In this document: positions 52,824 through 64,000 of the stretch, piece by piece
Numbering within the stretch: position 1 is the stretch's first letter
Layout: the number at the start of each line of letters is the position of its first letter
From: Macrostomum lignano
Lineage: Eukaryota
Direction: 5' to 3'
Length of the DNA: 64,000 nucleotides
NCBI GenBank assembly: GCA_002269645.1
Contig: NIVC01000041.1
Coordinates: 310,001 to 374,000, forward strand
The notes under the pieces: generated by a model
The model's database searches: none
Told to the model about the DNA's origin: nothing
The model's input: the letters and a program-made list of their open reading frames with translations, nothing else
Position numbers and translations under genes: made by a program

Positions 52824-53255
52824 GTGACCGCGTCAGCTGATGCCGCCGCTGGCGTGTCGAAGGACGCAGACAGCTACGCGGAGAAAGCCAAGATCGACAG
52901 CGAAGAGCTCGTGCTGCGCTACCTTCACCTGATGAACGACGACAAGGCCGGTCGTCGCCGGGACGCCTCCTGTCGGGTGAGCTTCCGAGCCGAGAGCTTC
53001 GACTCGCAGTCGTCTACAAAGTCAGAACGGTGCCAGTTTGTCATCGACCTGGTGGACAACCTGCCGGAGACCTTCATTGACGACGACCTGCCACCGGCCA
53101 GCATTCGCGGCCGGCTCACCAGCTGGAGCTCCGAGTCTGACAACGAAGATTTTGTGGCTGAGGACGATGCAGTCTTCTTTGTTGAGAATAGAAGCTCGGA
53201 GGGGAGAATGAAGAGCGAGGCGCTTGTCACGGCGCATGAGATCGCCGCCCTGTAG
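52824..53255 (+). CDS. Probable terminal coding exon of an unidentified gene (acidic, Ser-rich C-terminus)
   Basis: GC-rich stretch with codon style like the other exons; acceptor GTCAAG|GTG in phase 0; ends at TAG. Upstream exons not resolved (candidate donor GAG|GTAATA at 52197). Confidence 0.45.
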   Translation: MTASADAAAGVSKDADSYAEKAKIDSEELVLRYLHLMNDDKAGRRRDASCRVSFRAESFDSQSSTKSERCQFVIDLVDNLPETFIDDDLPPASIRGRLTSWSSESDNEDFVAEDDAVFFVENRSSEGRMKSEALVTAHEIAAL

Positions 53256-53329
53256 AGGTGAGCTGCGGAGGGGGGCGTTGCACTTTAATCAAGTTTCACA
53301 AACCCCAGCCTTTGGTGTACGATTGATTG

Positions 53330-54290
53330 TGAAGTTTGAGGATTGTGATGCTTGGGGATTGTGAAGCTAGATTGTGAAGCTTGAGGATTGTGAAGCTTGA
53401 GGATTGTGAAGCTTGGGCATTGTGAAGCTTAAGGAATGTGAATCTTGGGGATTATGAAGCTTGGGGATTGTGAAGCTTGGGCATTGTGAAGCTTAAGGAA
53501 TGTGAATCTTGGGGATCGTGAAGCTTGAGGATTGTGAAGCTTGGGCATTGTGAAGCTTAAGGAATGTGAAGCTTGGGGATTGTGGGCATTGTGAAGCTTA
53601 AGGAATGTGAATCTTGGGGATTATGAAGCTTGGGGATTGTGAAGCTTGGGCATTGTGAAGCTTAAGGAATGTGAATCTTGGGGATCGTGAAGCTTGAGGA
53701 TTGTGAAGCTTGGGCATTGTGAAGCTTAAGGAATGTGAAGCTTGGGGATTGTGGGCATTGTGAAGCTTAAGGAATGTGAATCTTGGGCATTGTGAAGCTT
53801 GAGGATTGTGAAGCTTGGGCATTGTGAAGCTTAAGGAATGTGAATCTTGGGGATCGTGAAGCTTGAGGATTGTGAAGCTTGGGCATTGTGAAGCTTAAGG
53901 AATTTGAAGCTTGGGGATTGTGGGCATTGTGAAGCTTAAGGAATGTGAATCTTGGGCATTGTGAAGCTTGAGGATTGTGAAGCTTGGGCATTGTGAAGCT
54001 TAAGGAATGTGAATCTTGAGGATTATGAAGCTTGAGGATTGTGAAGCTTGGGCATTGTGAAGCTTAAGGAATGTGAAGCTTGGGGATTGTGGGCATTGTG
54101 AAGCTTAAGGAATGTGAATCTTGGGCATTGTGAAGCTTGAGGATTGTGAAGCTTGGGCATTGTGAAGCTTAAGGAATGTGAATCTTGAGGATTATGAAGC
54201 TTGGGGATTGAGAAGCTTGAAGATTGTGAAGCCTGAGGATTGTGAAGCTTGAAGATGGTGAAGCTTAAAGATTGTGAAACTTGGAGACTG
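53330..54290. repeat. 16-18 bp minisatellite (ATTGTGAAGCTTGGGG variants) with about 169-bp higher-order period
   Basis: Near-identical pseudo-ORFs at 53598 and 53767 show the higher-order period. Confidence 0.93.
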
Positions 54291-55750
54291 TTTAAAGATT
54301 TTTTAATGATGTTCCTAACGCGTTAAGCTGATATCATAACTAGTTCATGCGTTTGGACATCCGTGTATGACATCCCTTCTTTTTCTTTCATCCCTAGAAA
54401 AGTTCAGCACGTTAAACTTGGCAAAATCACCTGATCATTCTTAGAAAGCTCAAAAGTATCCTGAGTACTTTTTTCGACGTGCAAAAGTTTTTTTGAGATG
54501 TATAAAAATTTCTATACATGTACTTCAGGCTGAAGACGAAAATTCGCAATTTAAAATGCAGCCAATGCACTTTAGTAACTAGGGTGCAAATGAGGAGCGA
54601 TTTTAAAAAAATAAATGAAGGGTCTGTCCCGCCCCAGTCCCATTCCTCATGTATTATTCACCAGCCACAAGCTGCAATACAGCAATTTACATTATTAGTT
54701 AAAATGTAACTCTCGCTTGATTTTTCAGATAATGGCGACATTTACTTCTGCTAAAGTACATCTGAGAACCGTGCACCTGAGGATGCAGGGTACAGTACAG
54801 TACAGTAGCTCGTACAGTACAGTGTAAGGTTGGTGGCCACCCTTGCCCAGTGTGCGCACTGCTTTCATTCTCATCTGCCGCCTGTCAATCCCGATCAATG
54901 AATTGCCACCCGTCACTGTACTCTCGCGGGAGTAGGAATTAGTTGAATTGTAATTCGTAGACTTTTAAAGCATTTGCTTTAAGCTTTAAGCAGACGAACA
55001 CCTGTAACGTATAGCCTATAGATGTGTTTTGTCATTTAACCGAAGCGGTTGGACATCTCTAATACTCTTTTTTGTCTTTGTGTCCGTTTTTAGCACTTTT
55101 TTACCTCTTAATCAGGCGTTACTCGTGTTAATTAACGATGCAGCAATCCAGTGATGGTAATCCCCTGTGTTAACCGCTCTTTGAAGATTTTCGCGTTGTG
55201 TTTTTGCATCAATCTTCAGTCTCCATCAGTTTAGCAACCTGGGACACTGCTTAGCTATGTGTTGTTGCAACTCCTTTTTGTGTCGTTTTCTTTCCGACTT
55301 CTTTTGCATTTTTCTGTGTCAACCTAGGCCAGGGACCATCTGCGAATATGGAAGTGACACCCCAATTGGCCCAGGCCAGTTCGTATCCAAAAGCCTTACT
55401 GTCTGCACGAAATTCTCAAAATCTCAAAATCGACTGGATTTCGCTGATGTGCATCTGATTTGCATAAAAGTGAATGGGAAATTTCGTGCAGACAGTGAGA
55501 CTTCTCCGCCTATCTTGCCAAGCTGTTTTTTGGTAACAGCTGGGCTGGGCCGCCTGAGAGCCACTTCCCGTGTCTGCAGTGATCCCTGGCAAAGCTAACG
55601 AGACTACTTGAGCAGAAGGATTTTATTGTAGCTCCTAAAAACACTGAAGCTTCTGTTTTTTGCGGTATAGAATTCAGTTATTCTGAACTATCCAAAATGC
55701 GAACTGAGTTGGCATTTGGGGTAGGTTTGAGGTTCGAGATTTATCTATAA

Positions 55751-56096
55751 CAGAGGCCGGCAAACCTTTCTTTACTTCAAGGGTCAGATAGAGAATAGAT
55801 TTATAGAGAAGGGAAAGAAGAGAGAATAGAAGGTGAGAGGTGAGACGGGGAGAGAGGAGAGGAAAGGGGAGAGAGGAGAGAGGGGAGAGGGGAGAGAGGA
55901 GAGGGGAGAGAGGAGAGAGGAAAGAGAGGAGAGAGGGGAGAGAGGAGAGAGGGGGGAAAGGAGAGAGAGGAGAGAGAAGGAAAGAGAGGAGATAGGGGAG
56001 AGAGAAGAGGGTAGAGAAGAGAGAGAGAGAGAAGAGAAGAGACGTAGACCTTCGCGGGCCTCATGTGGTCCATGGGCCGGAGATTGCCAACCCCTG
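55751..56096. mobile_element. Degenerate hAT (Charlie-like) MITE containing a GA-rich microsatellite
   Basis: Right end reads CAGGGGTTGGCAATCTCCGGCCCATGGACCACATGAGGCCCGCG on the minus strand, a Charlie-type terminus; left end CAGAGGCCGGCAAACC matches imperfectly; flanking 8-mers do not match. Confidence 0.6.
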
Positions 56097-56575
56097 AATA
56101 AGTTGGCTTAATTGAATTTTGAAAAAATCCTATGAGAGACTGAAAGTTCGCAAAATTTCCGCGTGTGTTTTTGCTCACCATTTTTATACAGTTTTCTTTG
56201 TAATTTTTGGTTAAATTTTTGTTTTAACCGCGGTCGCCAATAGCCCGGAAATTTTTTTTTCTCAGAGCAAAAACGGAATCAGCGGCAAAACACAGTTTTG
56301 GTGTTCTTTTAAAGCAGCAAATTTCTTGTTTCTAAAATGCTTAGTCTTGCATATTTTGGTCATTCTATGCGAGATTGAACATTTCTGAAAGCAGAAATTT
56401 GTCGCTTTTAAATGACACAAAAATGGTGTCACAAAACTCAAAATCAACAAACTTGTGAAAACTCGAACTACATGTAATAAAACCTCTAAGAATGTGGTAA
56501 AACCTTCATCATTTAGTAGCAACTGAATCTGGGGGCGTTGCCACCTATTCTCAGTTTTAACTGTTTCTGGCCCCC

Positions 56576-56664
56576 CCCCCAAAATGGAGCCCCCAAGATG
56601 GCGCCACCTCAAGATGGCGCCCCCAAGATGGCGCCCCCAAGATGGCGCCCCCTAGATAGCGCCT
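56576..56664. repeat. 14-16 bp tandem repeat CAAGATGGCGCCCC, about 6 copies
   Basis: Direct reading. Confidence 0.85.
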
Positions 56665-57394
56665 CCTCTAAACTTAACTTTTTATAACCTCTGCACAAGT
56701 AGGCTGCGCAAGTCTCCACTGCTCAATGTAATATCACTGAATATGCATTAATAAATAAAAATTTGCAACGATTTTTAATAATCGGCAGTCATATTACATA
56801 TTAATTGTTATGTTTGCATCACGAGAAGGTTATAAATCTTTTAAAATAACAGAGTCGCAAGCATGATAGGAGAAAATGCAGCTAAATAAGCATAATTTAA
56901 GCGCAATAATAATGACAATAATAGCAGTAATTTCCAATAAGTAAAGTACTATAATACATGACTCATTGTTTCACGGCGAGAAGTTGGCTAATGGTGAGAG
57001 TAAGTTTGATGCTTAAAATAGAACTATATATTACAAATTTTGTAAAGCAGATTTACTGTGCTCGGGCGAATCGTTTTATTAAAGTACACCGGAAACTTTA
57101 TGCCGAGAGTATGCATGCATTTATATTAACAAAATGTGAAGTTAGTTGCGACAGTGCGTAGGATAAGCGATACGATTCTGGGCAAAAAAAGTCTTTTTAA
57201 ACTACTAACACAAGTACTAAGTAGTAAGATGCAGAGCGAGAAATACGAATAAGCCAGAAATTTCGAGTCCTGATGAGAGCTATAACTTTGGCACTTGAAA
57301 AATAAGAGATCGTGAGAGAGAGGGCACTACTGACTGTGAGTAGTTCGCTGCATTATTGGCATTAGTCCACTCTGATACTCATTTTACTCCCCCG

Positions 57395-58240
57395 ATAATC
57401 ATCTTGCTTATCTATCTTTATAATCATCCACCATGCCCAGATAAATCATCTTGCTTATCTTCATAATCATCCACCACACCCAGATAATCATCTTGCTTAT
57501 CTTCATAATCATCCACCACACCCAGATAATCATCTTGCTTATCTTCATAATCATCCATACTGTTAGCATTGTGATGAACTTTTATTTGGTTAACAAATGC
57601 ACTTTATTTACAAGCCATTCATGGCTGCTGAGCCGCAAATGTCTATGGACATTTCGTACAGTACGAGCTAGCTATGCTCACTAACTAAAAGAGCCACGAA
57701 ATATAATGAAAGAGTAATAAATGTCTGTTGAGATGAGCTAAAGGCTGCTACTCAAAATAACTAAAGGACTGGAAATCATTTCTTAAGAAAACCAACACAT
57801 ACCACACAAGATAACTATCTTGCTTATCTTCATAATCATCCACCTCACCCAGATAATCATCTTGCTTATCTATCTTCAAAATCATCCACCTCACCCAGAT
57901 GATCATCTTGCTTATCTTTATAATCATCCACCTCACCCAGATAATCATCTTGCTTATCTTCATAATCATCCACCTCACCCAGATAATCATCTTGCTTATC
58001 TTCATAATCATCCACCTCACCCAGATAATCATCTTGCTTATCTACCTTCAAAATCATCCACCTCACCCAGATGATCATCTTCTTATCTTTATAATCATCC
58101 ACCTCACCCAGATAATCATCTTGCTTATCTTCAAAATCATCCATACCACAAAGATAACCATCTTGCTTATCTTCATAATCATCCACCTCACCCAGATAAG
58201 CATCTTGCTTATCATCGTTTGTCTCACCGATCACGACAAT
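57395..58240. repeat. 42-bp minisatellite GATAATCATCTTGCTTATCTTCATAATCATCCACCTCACCCA in two blocks (57395-57560, 57815-58240)
   Basis: Tandem units interrupted by about 250 bp of unique sequence. Confidence 0.92.
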
Positions 58241-58325
58241 CATCTCCGTTCACAATCATCAGCATTTGCCTCAGAAACTCTCTACTGCTCAATGAAGTCG
58301 CGCTCTATTCATTGACCAAATCCAG

Positions 58326-62400
<4,075 letters not shown>

Positions 62401-62749
62401 GTTTCTTAGAAATTGACTAGCTAAATTCTATCAACTAATCGTTGGGTCTGTCACGATCTTTTTGTCAACTTTTTTGATATTATATCAAAGCATATATATG
62501 GGTTTTTTGCCTCCGTCTCTGCTTCAAAAACCCCCAAAAGCACCCACCCTTCTCCCGGAGCTGCACAACCAATGAAAATCTGCTTGCAGCGGTTAACAAT
62601 TTAGCCAGGCAATTACTTGGTTTGTGCGTGGGGTTTGCTGGATAGAGTGACAGTCTGGGGGAGTGGGGAGTCTCATATCGGAACCTCCTTGTAGACAAGC
62701 AGTGCGACTTGATTAGCTCCGCGCGGTTGATGCGGCCTGCCAGCTGGAG

Positions 62750-63262
62750 GCACCGCAGGCACTCATTTTAGCGCCGCAGGCACTCATTTTAGCTTCTCAG
62801 GCACTCATTTTGGCACCGCAAGCACTCATTTTAGCTTCTCAGGCACTCATTTTAGCTTCTCAGGCACTCATTTTAGCGCCGCACGCCCTCATTTTAGCTT
62901 CTCAGACACTCATTTTAGCTTCTCAGGCACTCATTTTAGCTTCTCAGGTACTCATTTTAGCTTCTCAGGCACTCATTTTGGCGCCGCAAGCACTCATTTT
63001 AGCTTCTCAGGCACTCATTATTTTGGCTTCTCAGGCACTCATTTTAGCTTCTCAGGCACTCATTTTAGCTTCTCAGGCACTCATTTTAGCTTCTCAGGCA
63101 CTCATTTTAGCTTCTCAGGCACTCATTTTAGCTTCTCAGGCACTCATTTTAGCTTCTCAGGCACTCTTTTTAGCGCCGCAAGCACTCATTTTAGCGCCGC
63201 AGGCACTCATTTTAGCGCCGCACGACCTCATTTTAGCTTCTCAGGCACTCATTTTAGCGCCC
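62750..63262. repeat. 21-bp minisatellite GGCACTCATTTTAGCTTCTCA
   Basis: Tandem units; explains the LILASQA pseudo-ORF. Confidence 0.97.
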
Positions 63263-64000
63263 TAAAGCACAGTCCCCTGTGGCAACGGGAGAGGACAGAT
63301 GACCACCTTGACCTCCCCTAGTAATCTCAAATGTCACGGAATCCTCGCCACTCTGTTCCAGCAGTGCTAAAAAGAGTTCTCTTGTCCAGACTCCTAGCTT
63401 CAGGCGTCCTTGACCGGGGCGGTTTTGCCGCTCAATAAAGGGGGGGGGCAATCGGGCAGTGGCCATAAATCATAATCGAGGGCTCAATAGGTGTATTGCA
63501 AGTCTAACAACTAAACAGAACGGCTTAAGCTAAAAGCAGAACCGCACAATTTGTGTTGCAAGTTGCTTCTGCAGGTTCCTACATGCAAACATATGCTGGG
63601 GTTTGGGATTTGGGACAACACAACATGGCGGCTATAAGCCTATAATGTATGTGGCTGAAATGAGCAACAGTGTGCTCATGTGGTCTCAGTGACAATATAC
63701 TCTGTAGCTTCCCACCTATAGTGCGATAGTGACTGCTAAATACACGGAAAAATAAATGTTCAATAAAATAAAAGAGAATTATGAATGCAGATCTAAAAAG
63801 ATATTGATAACATGCAGCAGAGTTTTTTTGCTTTAATTATAGCTCCATGATATATCGCAGCGGTGCAACTTCTGAGAGATTAGCTAAGTAGGAAATCGCA
63901 TTGGTTGCATAGTTAATTAATTAGTTGTCAGGTGCATATAGGCAGGTCCTGTGGGCAGTTATAGCAATGAATAGTAGACAGATGCAAAAAATGTGCACTT

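Overview
Eukaryotic (animal) genomic DNA. GC-rich exons are separated by AT-rich spacers and about 35 unrelated mini/microsatellite arrays covering roughly 40% of the window (my rough sum, about 27 kb). This architecture resembles the flatworm Macrostomum, but that is inference only. Most long ORFs in the track are repeat artefacts. Six genes could be spliced by hand from GT-AG sites: (1) an ARM-TIR-SAM-like protein (minus, 2448-8520); (2) an MFSD13A/TMEM180 MFS transporter (minus, 11327-14113); (3,4) a head-to-head pair of secreted PAN/apple plus LamG/pentraxin-like paralogs (23517-25357 minus; 28220-29766 plus); (5) an intronless Toll-like LRR receptor with no intact TIR (minus, 39884-42487); (6) a Cys-rich/Ig-like, mucin-stalk, single-pass receptor with an ITIM-like motif (minus, 58326-62400). 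There is also an orphan terminal exon (52824-53255). Transposon remnants include a Tc1/IS630-like DDE transposase, a gypsy integrase fragment, two hAT-type MITEs and one unclassified TIR element. The strongest leads are: an intron apparently created by tandem amplification of coding sequence in the TIR gene; paralog-specific, phase-0, minisatellite-filled introns suggesting ongoing intron gain; and a Toll-type ectodomain with a possible vestigial TIR near a cytosolic TIR protein and other immune-like receptors. All protein family calls come from motif recognition by eye, not database searches.
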